Part shown: piece by piece, positions 1 through 8,657 of the stretch
Layout of the letters: each line of letters starts with the position of its first letter
Numbering within the stretch: position 1 is the stretch's first letter
Origin: Nitrosopumilaceae archaeon
Lineage (GTDB): Archaea > Thermoproteota > Nitrososphaeria > Nitrososphaerales > Nitrosopumilaceae
Direction of reading: 5' to 3'
NCBI GenBank assembly: GCA_052389415.1
Contig: JBQTHX010000014.1
Location: forward strand, 10,850-42,849
DNA: 32,000 nucleotides
Notes under the pieces: generated by a model
The model's database searches: none
What the model was told of the DNA's origin: nothing
The model's input: the letters and a program-made list of their open reading frames with translations, nothing else
Position numbers and translations under genes: made by a program

Positions 1-307
1 ATCCTCCACCACCAAAACCTCCAAAAATATCGTCAAAATTAACCCGTGCCCCACGGAATATATCTTCAGGACTATATTTTCCGTCTACGCCAGCGTGGCC
101 ATATTGATCATATATCTTTCGCTTTTCATCATCGGATAAAACAGCATACGCTTCCGAAATTTCTTTAAAATGTTCTGTTGCATCAGATGATTTGTTTCTG
201 TCTGGATGAAATTTCAGAGCTAATTTTCTGTATTGAGATTTTATTTCTGCATGGGAAGCATTCTTTTGAATTCCAAGAACTTCATAATAGTCTCGTTTGG
301 TACTCAT
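1..307 (-). CDS. dnaJ: Chaperone DnaJ, N-terminal part (runs off the left edge)
   Basis: Hand translation from the ATG at 305-307 (minus strand) gives [39 protein letters not shown]... This is a J domain with the HPD motif, followed by a G/F-rich stretch (FGGFGGGG). It lies directly downstream of dnaK on the same strand. Confidence 0.9.
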   Translation of the reverse strand, partial: MSTKRDYYEVLGIQKNASHAEIKSQYRKLALKFHPDRNKSSDATEHFKEISEAYAVLSDDEKRKIYDQYGHAGVDGKYSPEDIFRGARVNFDDIFGGFGGGG

Positions 308-354
308 AGTTGTGCTATTCTCTTTGTAACAATGTAGTATAAACTGTCAATTTG

Positions 355-2202
355 TTAAGCGGGATTATTTTGATTACTACTTTGTTCATTAGATCCTGAT
401 TGCTCCGCACTAGTCTGTTGACCATCTCCTTGTGGTGAGGCAACATTTTTGTAAAGTTCGGTGCTGATTTCATTTACTATAGATTTTAATGCATCAAGCT
501 TTGGTTTTATTTCTATAGAACCTTTTTCAAGAACGTCTTTGAGGTCTTTTACGGCATCATTTACCTTTGTGACTTGTTCTGGCTTGATCTTGTCCTTTAG
601 ATCTTGATTAACTAATTTCTCAGTTGTATAGATATAACCTTCTGCCTCATTTTTTATGTCAATTTCTTCTTTTTTCTTTTTGTCCTGGTCAGAATAAAGT
701 TCAGCATCTTTTTTGAGTTTTTCTATTTCTTCTTTTGAAAGTTTTGTACTTGCAGTTATTGTAATTTTTGCTTCTTTTTGGGTACCAAGATCTTTTGCTG
801 TAACATTAAGTATTCCGTTTGCATCAATATCAAACTTTACTTCAATTTGTGGAATTCCTCTTGGTGCAGGCGGAATACCTGAAAGATTAAAACTTCCAAG
901 AGAAACATTGTCTGCAGCCATCGGTCTTTCACCTTGTACTATGTGAATCGTAACAGCAGTTTGATTGTCTGCGGCGGTAGTGAATACCTTACTTTTTGAA
1001 GTAGGAATCGTAGTGTTTCTTTCGATTAATGGTTCACGTAATCCACCAAGTACTTCTACACCAAGCGTGAGTGGAGTAACATCAAGTAGCACAATATCAC
1101 TTGTCACCTCACCGGCTATGATTCCAGCCTGAATTCCAGCTCCAAGAGCAACTGCTTCCATCGGATCAACACCAGACTCTGGTTCTTTACCTGTTACAGT
1201 AGCAACAAATTTTCTAACTAAAGGAATTCTTGTAGGTCCACCCACAAGTACGATTTTTGATATATCTGCAGAAGAAAGTTTTGCATCTTCCAAAGCTTTT
1301 GTAATTGATGGTCTACATCTTTCCACTATGGGATTAATGAGCTCTTCAAGTTTGGCTCTTGTTAATTTTAACTCTAGATTTTTTGGACCAGCTGCTTGAT
1401 CATATGAAATGAAAGGAAGATTTATCTCAGTTTCAGCTACTGATGATAGTTCTATCTTTGCTCTTTCAGCAGCCTCCCTTACTCTAACCATTGCAGTATT
1501 ATCTTTGGAAAGATCAATGCCAGTATTTTTTCTAAATGTATCAACAATATAATCAATTACCACCTTATCCATGTCAGTACCCCCAAGTTGTGTATCACCT
1601 GATGTACTCATGACTTCAAAAACTCCACCTCCCATTTCCATTATGGTAACATCAAGGGTTCCACCACCAAAATCAAATACCATTATTTTCATATCTTGTT
1701 TTGCTTTATCTAAGCCAAATGCAAGCGATGCAGCAGTTGGTTCATTGATTATCCTTACAACTTCCAGGCCTGCAATCTGGCCAGCATCTTTTGTTGCTTG
1801 TCTTTGATTATCGTTAAAATATGCAGGTACAGTGATTACTGCTTTTTCGATTTTTTCTCCAACAAATGCTTCAGCATCTCTCTTAATTTTCTGTAAGATA
1901 TATGCAGAAATTTGTTGAGGTTTGTATTCCCTGCCGTTTACTTTGAAGATGAAATCAGAACCCATTTTGCGCTTTGCAGCTATAATAGTCCCTGTAGGAT
2001 TGGTTACAGCTTGTCTTCTAGCTGGTTCCCCTATGAGAATCTCATTGTCCTTTGTGAATGCTACAACGGAAGGAAATGCTTTTCCTCCGACTGTAGTGCC
2101 TTCCGCAGCAGGAATGATTGTGGGTTTACCACCCATCATTACCGCAGCAGCCGAATTGCTTGTTCCTAAATCTATTCCTATAATTTTAGCCATTATTTTC
2201 AC
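355..2202 (-). CDS. dnaK: Hsp70 chaperone DnaK
   Basis: 615 aa with Hsp70 signatures [10 protein letters not shown] and DFGGGTLDV, plus a C-terminal lid and a Q/N/S-rich tail. The track start is a GTG at 2202. The canonical N-terminus [10 protein letters not shown] begins at the ATG at 2193, which is probably the true start. Confidence 0.97.
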   Translation of the reverse strand: MKIMAKIIGIDLGTSNSAAAVMMGGKPTIIPAAEGTTVGGKAFPSVVAFTKDNEILIGEPARRQAVTNPTGTIIAAKRKMGSDFIFKVNGREYKPQQISAYILQKIKRDAEAFVGEKIEKAVITVPAYFNDNQRQATKDAGQIAGLEVVRIINEPTAASLAFGLDKAKQDMKIMVFDFGGGTLDVTIMEMGGGVFEVMSTSGDTQLGGTDMDKVVIDYIVDTFRKNTGIDLSKDNTAMVRVREAAERAKIELSSVAETEINLPFISYDQAAGPKNLELKLTRAKLEELINPIVERCRPSITKALEDAKLSSADISKIVLVGGPTRIPLVRKFVATVTGKEPESGVDPMEAVALGAGIQAGIIAGEVTSDIVLLDVTPLTLGVEVLGGLREPLIERNTTIPTSKSKVFTTAADNQTAVTIHIVQGERPMAADNVSLGSFNLSGIPPAPRGIPQIEVKFDIDANGILNVTAKDLGTQKEAKITITASTKLSKEEIEKLKKDAELYSDQDKKKKEEIDIKNEAEGYIYTTEKLVNQDLKDKIKPEQVTKVNDAVKDLKDVLEKGSIEIKPKLDALKSIVNEISTELYKNVASPQGDGQQTSAEQSGSNEQSSNQNNPA

Positions 2203-2755
2203 CTTCTAATTTATCAATTGAAGTTTTTGATATTTCTACTAGACTTGGTCTAATTACTTTGTTTTGCAAAATATATCCTTTACGAATCTCTTTGATAATT
2301 GTATCGTTATCTACAGATGAATCTTTCTTTATAGATATAGCTTCATGAAATTTTGGATCAAAAATTTCGCCTATGGCTTCAATTGGAATAACTCCATATT
2401 CTGATAGAAAAGAATTCATATTTTTTAAAATTCCATCAAGTCCTTCAGTATTGACATGTTGTTTTCCAAGAGCATCTTTTGCACGCACAAAATCATCGTA
2501 AATTGACAAAAACTTGAGAATTAATTCTATCAACATAGAATTTACACGAGTTTGAACATCAGATTCCGTTCTTTTCTTTAGATTCTCAAAATCCGCAAGT
2601 AGATATTGTAGTTTTTTTTCATAGGAACTAGCTGCCTCCCTTTCTTTTTCAAGCATTGATTTTAATTCATCAATACTTAGTTCTTTCACATCCTCATTTG
2701 TACCAGTTTCCACTTGTATTGTTGTTTCAGTATTTTGTTCTTCAGACAAGCACAA
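2186..2755 (-). CDS. grpE: Nucleotide exchange factor GrpE
   Basis: 189 aa with an acidic, coiled-coil-like N-terminal half. It sits immediately upstream of dnaK and overlaps it, giving the bacterial operon order grpE-dnaK-dnaJ. Confidence 0.85.
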   Translation of the reverse strand: MCLSEEQNTETTIQVETGTNEDVKELSIDELKSMLEKEREAASSYEKKLQYLLADFENLKKRTESDVQTRVNSMLIELILKFLSIYDDFVRAKDALGKQHVNTEGLDGILKNMNSFLSEYGVIPIEAIGEIFDPKFHEAISIKKDSSVDNDTIIKEIRKGYILQNKVIRPSLVEISKTSIDKLEGENNG

Positions 2756-2782
2756 TGTATAGAAAATTGTCTAATTTTATTC

Positions 2783-4018
2783 TTATTGTAGGATTTCACA
2801 AAGAGGATTTGTTTTTATGGTTATCAAATCAGTTCCTTTACTACTCTTATTAATTTTTTCATAGTCAGGTTTTGAACATGCTACAACAATGGTAGTTTTA
2901 TCACTATGGAAGAGATCAAAGTCAGGAGTTTGATGTATTTCAACATCTCCAATGTAATCTCGTAATTTTACTACAAGAGAATTTAGCATTTCAACTTTAT
3001 CACCACGCATTTCATAAGCATCAAGTGTCCAGACAAGTGCAACTCTAATTCTGCTTGCTTTAAGTTCATTTTTTTTCAGAGTAGAACGAATTTCATCTAT
3101 TAATCGTTTTACGTATCCTTCAATTCCCTTAATGCTTCCATTAACAAGATACATCATGGCACCTCCTCCCTCTAGTGACGTTCCAAGTGATCGCAAATCA
3201 TACAAACCATTCGTCATATCATCTAAGAAGAAGTTTTTGAACTCAGCTAACATGAGATCATTTCTTGTGTTATCATCTTGTGCAAATTTACACACCTCAA
3301 GTATACTAGAAAAACCAGAAAATTGTGACAGTATTTTTATTGCATGAAAAAGCTCAGCTGAAGATATAGTTACAAATTTTTTTTCTTTTTTATCAATTTC
3401 AAGGAGTTTAGCAAGTTTATCATCGGCTTTGCCATTAAAAGATCCTATAATTTCTGGGGTCTGATTTTTTGTTCCAAGCGGGAAATAGAAATAAGAAATA
3501 CCCTTTCCTACTTCAAGGCCGGTTACATGCTCTAATAAAGAGATGGACTCGTTGTTACCACCAATTCCAGTTGGAAGATTGAAAATAACTGATCCCCCTT
3601 TCTTTAAAGCACTAGTAGCATCCTTAAATTTTGAATGAATTTCCATTTTTGTTTCCTGTCCTGTTTTTCGTATCCTTGGAGCAAAAAAGAGATATTCTGA
3701 ATGTGAAATTGCTATGTCTATCGGTTCTACGGCAAGCAATGGTTCGTCTTCTTTTAGGGAAGCAACGTTTGGATAAGTTTTGGCAATTTCGGATTTAAGC
3801 GATATTGCCATATGAGCCGATTCGTCTATAATAAAGACATCTGCACCTTTAATTGCCATTTGACAGGCAATTGAGTAACCTTCAGTGCTAAGGCCATATA
3901 CAACAACTTTTGTTCCTCCCAATTCAAAGCAGCTAGGCAGAAAGGCTAAGAAAAACTTTTTCCACCTAAGAATTATATCGAAAATGTTTGAAAATTTGGT
4001 TTGATTTACTGACTCCAA
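2783..4018 (-). CDS. Nucleotide-sugar (UDP-glucose/GDP-mannose type) dehydrogenase-like protein, divergent
   Basis: 411 aa. An N-terminal Rossmann-like strand-loop KVVVYGLSTEGYSIA occupies the place of the usual GLGYVG. The overall layout resembles the UDP-sugar dehydrogenase family. The first ~32 residues overlap the divergent neighbour, and a TTG just before KVVVYG (near 3920) is a plausible true start. Confidence 0.4.
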   Translation of the reverse strand: MESVNQTKFSNIFDIILRWKKFFLAFLPSCFELGGTKVVVYGLSTEGYSIACQMAIKGADVFIIDESAHMAISLKSEIAKTYPNVASLKEDEPLLAVEPIDIAISHSEYLFFAPRIRKTGQETKMEIHSKFKDATSALKKGGSVIFNLPTGIGGNNESISLLEHVTGLEVGKGISYFYFPLGTKNQTPEIIGSFNGKADDKLAKLLEIDKKEKKFVTISSAELFHAIKILSQFSGFSSILEVCKFAQDDNTRNDLMLAEFKNFFLDDMTNGLYDLRSLGTSLEGGGAMMYLVNGSIKGIEGYVKRLIDEIRSTLKKNELKASRIRVALVWTLDAYEMRGDKVEMLNSLVVKLRDYIGDVEIHQTPDFDLFHSDKTTIVVACSKPDYEKINKSSKGTDLITIKTNPLCEILQ

Positions 4019-5016
4019 AACAACTTTTGTTTTTTGAACCTATGATCAAAAGATTACAAAAGAACAACAAATTACTCTGTACTTCAAGAAATTATCGAGA
4101 GGTTGTAGAACTTGCAAAAATCAGAGGTATGAATCTCGTCTTCGTGGGAAAACATGGAGGATCTGATAAAATCGGTAAATTAAATGCAAGCCTCCAACGA
4201 ATGAATTCCTTATTAGCAATTGTAAAGAAATTCTGGCCTGACTTAACAATTAGTTTTTGTTCTCCAGAAGCATCTAGAATTTCCTTTGGTCTTGGAGTGA
4301 AACACATCTCTTTCTGTGATTCCCCTCATGCAGAAGCCGTAATGAGATTGACTATACCATTATTGGAAAGACTCCTAATACCATGGATCATACCAAAAAA
4401 GGAATTTACTAAATATGGAATTGCCAAAGAAAAAATAACTCAGTATAGAGCAATCGATGCATCTTTAATTGTAAAACAGAGATCAAAAGATAATTCAAAA
4501 TATAATTTCGTGTTTAAGAAAAAGACTATTTTAATACGACCTGAAGAGTCGGAGGCTGCTTATCTATCCAAAAATGAAAATAGAATTATCGAAATAATAC
4601 ATGGAATCAGCAACGAATTTCAATATCATAATATTATTATTTTAGGAAGATACCTTCCTCAGATAAGTAAACTAAAACGGAAGTTTGGAAGAAATGTAAT
4701 AGTGTTGAGCAGGGTTGTGGAAGGTAAGAGTCTACTTAGATTCGTGGATTTGTTTATTGGTTCTGGGGGTACCATGACTGCAGAAGCTGCCTTGATGGGA
4801 ATTCCAACTATATCATATAATGCGGTTCCAAATTATATAGAGGAATATCTAGTAAAAAATGACTTGGTAAAAAGGGAGACAGATCCACAAAGGATAGTTT
4901 TTCTTGCCAAGATGATTTTAAAATCAGATAAGAAAAAACACAGAGAAAAGGCCAGAAGAATATTAAATTCAATGGAAGATCCTTTTTTAAAGCTAATTTC
5001 ACTTATCAAACCATAA
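3988..5016 (+). CDS. DUF354-like protein (GT-B / UDP-GlcNAc 2-epimerase-like fold family)
   Basis: 342 aa with an obligatory TTG start. The N-terminus MKIWFDLLTPKQLLFFEPMI and a C-terminal GSGGTMTAEAALMGIPTIS segment match my recollection of archaeal DUF354 proteins. Confidence 0.55.
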   Translation: MKIWFDLLTPKQLLFFEPMIKRLQKNNKLLCTSRNYREVVELAKIRGMNLVFVGKHGGSDKIGKLNASLQRMNSLLAIVKKFWPDLTISFCSPEASRISFGLGVKHISFCDSPHAEAVMRLTIPLLERLLIPWIIPKKEFTKYGIAKEKITQYRAIDASLIVKQRSKDNSKYNFVFKKKTILIRPEESEAAYLSKNENRIIEIIHGISNEFQYHNIIILGRYLPQISKLKRKFGRNVIVLSRVVEGKSLLRFVDLFIGSGGTMTAEAALMGIPTISYNAVPNYIEEYLVKNDLVKRETDPQRIVFLAKMILKSDKKKHREKARRILNSMEDPFLKLISLIKP

Positions 5017-5112
5017 TCTGCTATTTAGCGATTTCAAAAATTACTTACTGGAATCTAAGTATTTACTGAATAACATTATAAGGGAACTAAATTCAACATT
5101 CAACGCCCGGAA

Positions 5113-5202
5113 AGCCCGGTAGAGAAAAAATTCACCGAGTGTAGCGGTCAAGCATAGGGGCCTTTGGAGCCCTTGACCCCAGTTCGAATCTGGGCCGGGC
5201 TA
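5113..5202 (+). tRNA. tRNA-Gln (anticodon UUG) with a 17-nt non-canonical intron in the D-arm
   Basis: Acceptor stem AGCCCGG (5113-5119) pairs with CCGGGCT (5195-5201), with discriminator A. The anticodon arm is GGGGC/CUUUGGA/GCCCU with UUG at 5164-5166. The T arm is CCCAG/UUCGAAU/CUGGG. Removing 17 nt (about 5123-5139) restores a normal D arm, UAGUGUAGCGGUCAAGCAU. Confidence 0.8.
5123..5139 (+). other. Putative tRNA intron (exact register ambiguous by 0-2 nt because AG is repeated at both junctions)
   Basis: These are the extra 17 nt, AGAAAAAAUUCACCGAG, between tRNA positions about 10 and 11. A CGGU (5117-5120) / ACCG (5134-5137) helix could form part of a bulge-helix-bulge structure. Confidence 0.6.
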
Positions 5203-5203
5203 C

Positions 5204-5210
5204 TTTTTTT
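5204..5210 (+). terminator. Oligo-T tract immediately after tRNA-Gln
   Basis: A run of T starts 2 nt after the discriminator base. Archaeal RNA polymerase terminates at oligo-T. Confidence 0.4.
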
Positions 5211-5217
5211 GTTAATA

Positions 5218-5454
5218 CTAGAATCGGGGAGTATCTTGCATTACCTCAAATCGTGGCAAAAGCGATATTCCAACCAAGATAGGAATTGCAATTATTGCAA
5301 TCGATATTGCCGTGAGTATAATTCCAAGTAATAAACAGCTTTTTGCTTTATGTGGATCATCATCTTTTATTATAAAATATGCGATTACTCCTCCTACAAT
5401 ATTAAAAAAAATAGGTAGAAGAAACCACAAGCTACTCCGCTTTCTTGGTTCCAT
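5218..5454 (-). CDS. Small integral membrane protein (two predicted TM helices)
   Basis: 78 aa with an ATG start. There are two hydrophobic segments (LWFLLPIFFNIVGGVIAYFII and LLLGIILTAISIAIIAIPILVGI) separated by KDDDPHKAK. It lies downstream of the ABC transporter genes on the same strand. Confidence 0.6.
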   Translation of the reverse strand: MEPRKRSSLWFLLPIFFNIVGGVIAYFIIKDDDPHKAKSCLLLGIILTAISIAIIAIPILVGISLLPRFEVMQDTPRF

Positions 5455-5497
5455 GATTGGTTCACATAATTATAGGATTTAAACCAAGATGGCTTTT

Positions 5498-6259
5498 CTA
5501 TAACTGAAGTTTTGCTAAAAGTTTTGTAGCTATTAAAAACAAGGTTACCGATAAAGTAGCTAAAACTAGGATTTCTATAGCCAAAAATGTGTCGAAATTT
5601 CCAAATATTCCTGCGCGCACAACGTCTACAAGGTATGTAAGCGGATTAAGATAAAATCCAATTGAAAGTGGTAAAGGAGAACCAGATGCCGGATAAAAAG
5701 CAGTGCTTACGAATGCAAAAAACAAAAATACCGTATTAATCACTACATTGAATCCTTCACTCGACTTCAGCCTAGTTGATATGATTGATGCAATGGAACC
5801 AAATAGAATTGAACCAGCAACGGAGGCAAAGATCAAGAGCGGGATAGTAAGTAAATTAATTTCTAATGATTCGAAGAATAGCGGATATCCGACGGCTGTA
5901 ATTAGGCTGGCACTAATTAATCCAATTATTCCAATAGTATAGACATTACTTAGAATGTAATGCGTCCTGGTGAATGGTCCTACTAGGATCTGCTCAAACA
6001 TACCATGTCTTCGATCATTCCAAATTATTATACCAGAAACAAGAGCACTATTCATAATATTGAATCCAATCATTCCTGACGCAATGAATGCAGGATAGTC
6101 AAGATTTTTGTCACCATACGAAACAGAATCAATAAGTGCAGTGTATGCAAATCCACCTACAAAAATGTAGATTAAAGGAAAAATTACTTGCCATATCAAA
6201 AATCCTTTGTTAAGGGATATGGTTAGATTTCTATTTACTAGTCGAATCACTGGATGCAT
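5498..6259 (-). CDS. ABC-2 type transporter permease
   Basis: 253 aa with about six hydrophobic segments. It overlaps the 3' end of the upstream ABC ATPase gene. Confidence 0.8.
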   Translation of the reverse strand: MHPVIRLVNRNLTISLNKGFLIWQVIFPLIYIFVGGFAYTALIDSVSYGDKNLDYPAFIASGMIGFNIMNSALVSGIIIWNDRRHGMFEQILVGPFTRTHYILSNVYTIGIIGLISASLITAVGYPLFFESLEINLLTIPLLIFASVAGSILFGSIASIISTRLKSSEGFNVVINTVFLFFAFVSTAFYPASGSPLPLSIGFYLNPLTYLVDVVRAGIFGNFDTFLAIEILVLATLSVTLFLIATKLLAKLQL

Positions 6260-7187
6260 TTGAATTATTCACCACTGAAAGAAAGATCTCTTCAAGAGTT
6301 GTAGGTACAGCAGATAAATCCTCAATCGTTATATTATTTGCAGTCAAAATTTGAAGAATTTTTAGCAGTACATCTTCAGAATCATTAGACCTTATAGTTA
6401 TGTTTGTTCCAGAATTAAAATCAATTTCATAATCCTTAATTCCTACCAAGAGATCGGAAAGATCTTTTCTAAAAGTATCTAAGTGAATCTTGATTGTTTT
6501 TTCTCTTCCAAATTTATTTTTTAATTCCTCTGGTGTATCAACCGCAATTATCTTTCCTTTGTTTATGATAGCAACTTGGTCACAGATGTATTCAGCCTCA
6601 TTTAGTAGATGTGTTGTGAAAAAAACAGTTAAACCATATTCTACTTTCTCTTTGATAAAATCAAGTAACTTCCTACGTGCTGAAGGATCTAGACCCACAG
6701 TGGGTTCATCCAAGAACAAGAGCTTCATTTCATGCATAAATTCACGTGCAACTTGTACTCTTCTTCTAAGTCCTATTGAAAGTTCATCATTTGTTATATT
6801 TCGTATTTCTTTAAGGTCAAAGGCGGAGAGGAGCTCTTCAACTCTATCTTTTCTTGTTTTTTTATCAACATTCCACATCATTCCATATTTTTCGAGAGAC
6901 TTTTCTACAGTCAGAGTTGGTTCATAACTTGGTTGCTGTAAAACCACTCCAATCTCCTTTCGTACTTCTAATGGAGAAGTTATAGCATCTAATCCAAAAA
7001 TTTTCATGGAACCTCCTGTTGGCGGTATGAGAGTAGTCAAGAGTTTTATAGTGGTAGTTTTTCCTGCTCCATTTGGTCCTAAAAACCCAAAAATTTTGCC
7101 ATAATCAACTGAAATATCAATACCATCAACCGCCTTTATGTTTCCATATAATTTTGAAAGTGATTTTGTCTCTATGCATGACATCAA
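6231..7187 (-). CDS. ABC transporter ATP-binding protein (DrrA/NatA-like)
   Basis: 318 aa with Walker A GPNGAGKTT, the signature LSIGLRRR and Walker B LLFLDEPT. Confidence 0.9.
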   Translation of the reverse strand: MMSCIETKSLSKLYGNIKAVDGIDISVDYGKIFGFLGPNGAGKTTTIKLLTTLIPPTGGSMKIFGLDAITSPLEVRKEIGVVLQQPSYEPTLTVEKSLEKYGMMWNVDKKTRKDRVEELLSAFDLKEIRNITNDELSIGLRRRVQVAREFMHEMKLLFLDEPTVGLDPSARRKLLDFIKEKVEYGLTVFFTTHLLNEAEYICDQVAIINKGKIIAVDTPEELKNKFGREKTIKIHLDTFRKDLSDLLVGIKDYEIDFNSGTNITIRSNDSEDVLLKILQILTANNITIEDLSAVPTTLEEIFLSVVNNSNASSDSTSK

Positions 7188-7259
7188 AACTTGTTTTAAT
7201 AACCCTCCTAATTTATCTAATGAAATTTTTATTAATGCACAATTCTATTCTAGAGTGAC

Positions 7260-8657
7260 TTGTCAGAGTTTGAAACATTATTGAACAAGCTTTTGGAGCA
7301 AAAACCAGAGCTTTCGCGATCAGATTTACAACAAATGATTAACAAGAAAAAAGAGAAAATCGGTGCAGGTTATCTGACAGATCAGGGAGCGTTATTTCTC
7401 ATAGCAGCTGATTTAGGAGTATCATTAAATGTACAACAAAAAGTTGAGATTGGTCTAAAAGATCTCTATGTAGGTGCAAAAGAGATCACATTAGAAACTA
7501 GAGTGATGAATATCTATCCAGCAAAACAGTTTTCTCGAAAAGATGGTTCACAGTTTTTTCTAAGAAATATGACTGTTTATGATACAGACTCTAGAGCCAA
7601 AGTAAAGTTGTGGGATGAAAAAGCAAGCTTGCCCGGAATAGAGAACCTCAAGCCTGGTGATCTTGTCAAAATTGTCAAGGCGTATGTAAAATCAGATATG
7701 ACAGGAACACCAATAATTAATGTAGGTTCAGGTTCAATCCTTGAAACAAGTGAGTTAGAAAGTAGGATTCCCTCTCTTGACTCAATAACAGAAGATGTTA
7801 GTGAGATAAAAGAAAATCAGCAGAATCTTGTAGTTTCTGGAATCTTGGATGGCAATATCAGAATGACAGAATTCACAAATTTCAAAGGACAGCCAGGAAA
7901 AGCTCTTCATTTACGCCTTAAAGGAAAAAATGATAGTATTACAAGAGTAGTCTTGTGGAATGCTGATGAAAAATCAATTCCCAAGATGATCACAAATGGT
8001 GCAAAAACACGATTGATTGGTGTGAAAACAAAGAGAGGACAACAAGGATTAGAGTTACACGGTGATGAAGGTACAGTAATCGAGATCGAAGGCGTAGATG
8101 AAGTTCAGCCAATAGCTGTTAGAATTTTATCATCAGTTAAAAATGAGTCAGGGAATATCTTAATGTTAGTTACTGACAGTAAGAAGAAATTCCTAAATGT
8201 TACTGATTTTGTTGGAGCTACAAAAGATCTTAAAACAGGTGACTTAATAGAAATTATTCCAACAAAAATGCATGGAAGTTCTATAACATTAGAAACCGAT
8301 TCACTTGTTAGAAAAATTGATGATGAAAAGATTCCAACTATGTTAGACCTTAGAACAAAGATCCGTGATCTTAGACCAAGTGACAATTTCTATTGTATAG
8401 AAGGGATAGTACTAAAAACTCCAGAAAGACGAGAAATACAAACGAAAAGTGGGGAAACAGTATCTCTATCCGAGATGTTTATTGAAGATGAAACAGGACA
8501 GATTTGGCTTAAAGGATGGAGAAACCAAGCAAGGATGTTAGACGCATTTTCTCAAGGTGAGATTATTTCTGTAATTGGAGTGACAGCAAAAACTGGACTT
8601 GAGAACAGATTGGAAATATTTTTGACTCCATTTTCAAATATTTTAAGGAAAAATTAA
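7260..8657 (+). CDS. Replication protein A-like ssDNA-binding protein with multiple OB folds
   Basis: 465 aa with a TTG start. The N-terminal helical domain ...GYLTDQGALFLIAADLGVSL resembles the N-terminus of archaeal RPA. It is followed by several repeated OB-fold-like beta-rich modules. Confidence 0.65.
   Translation: MSEFETLLNKLLEQKPELSRSDLQQMINKKKEKIGAGYLTDQGALFLIAADLGVSLNVQQKVEIGLKDLYVGAKEITLETRVMNIYPAKQFSRKDGSQFFLRNMTVYDTDSRAKVKLWDEKASLPGIENLKPGDLVKIVKAYVKSDMTGTPIINVGSGSILETSELESRIPSLDSITEDVSEIKENQQNLVVSGILDGNIRMTEFTNFKGQPGKALHLRLKGKNDSITRVVLWNADEKSIPKMITNGAKTRLIGVKTKRGQQGLELHGDEGTVIEIEGVDEVQPIAVRILSSVKNESGNILMLVTDSKKKFLNVTDFVGATKDLKTGDLIEIIPTKMHGSSITLETDSLVRKIDDEKIPTMLDLRTKIRDLRPSDNFYCIEGIVLKTPERREIQTKSGETVSLSEMFIEDETGQIWLKGWRNQARMLDAFSQGEIISVIGVTAKTGLENRLEIFLTPFSNILRKN

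Noticed and set aside
2186-2202. A 17-nt grpE/dnaK overlap implied by the track.
   Set aside because: It is caused by the ORF finder extending dnaK to an upstream GTG. The canonical [10 protein letters not shown] start at the ATG at 2193 reduces the overlap to 8 nt (ATGGCTAA).
3899-3961. When hand-translating the minus strand here, my base-by-base reading seemed shifted by one nucleotide between about 3901 and 3960 relative to the track protein. I read KLLLYGLS where the track has KVVVYGLS, with an in-frame TAG.
   Set aside because: The track ORF is continuous and its length is a multiple of three. I therefore treat this as my own counting or reading error at the line breaks rather than a compensating frameshift pair. 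It is a reminder that my hand-derived coordinates may be off by 1-2 nt.
6490-6927. A 145-aa plus-strand ORF. Many other 60-100 aa ORFs in the track are similar (for example 713..946, 1571..1807, 1912..2209, 8105..8386, 9303..9608, 12195..12440, 13179..13427, 19124..19396 and 20261..20530).
   Set aside because: All are nested antisense or out of frame inside strongly supported genes. They encode S/F/L/I-rich low-complexity peptides, as expected from AT-rich shadow frames.
5113-7187. Possible genomic island integrated at tRNA-Gln (tRNA followed by a small membrane protein and an ABC exporter).
   Set aside because: There is no integrase, no duplicated copy of the tRNA 3' end downstream and no visible compositional change. 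The adjacency alone is not evidence.
8654-8657. RPA and Lhr stop codons share a palindromic TTAA.
   Set aside because: This is a real but trivial consequence of genome compaction. The same goes for the 24-nt convergent overlap of metK and the SDR gene at 13668-13691.
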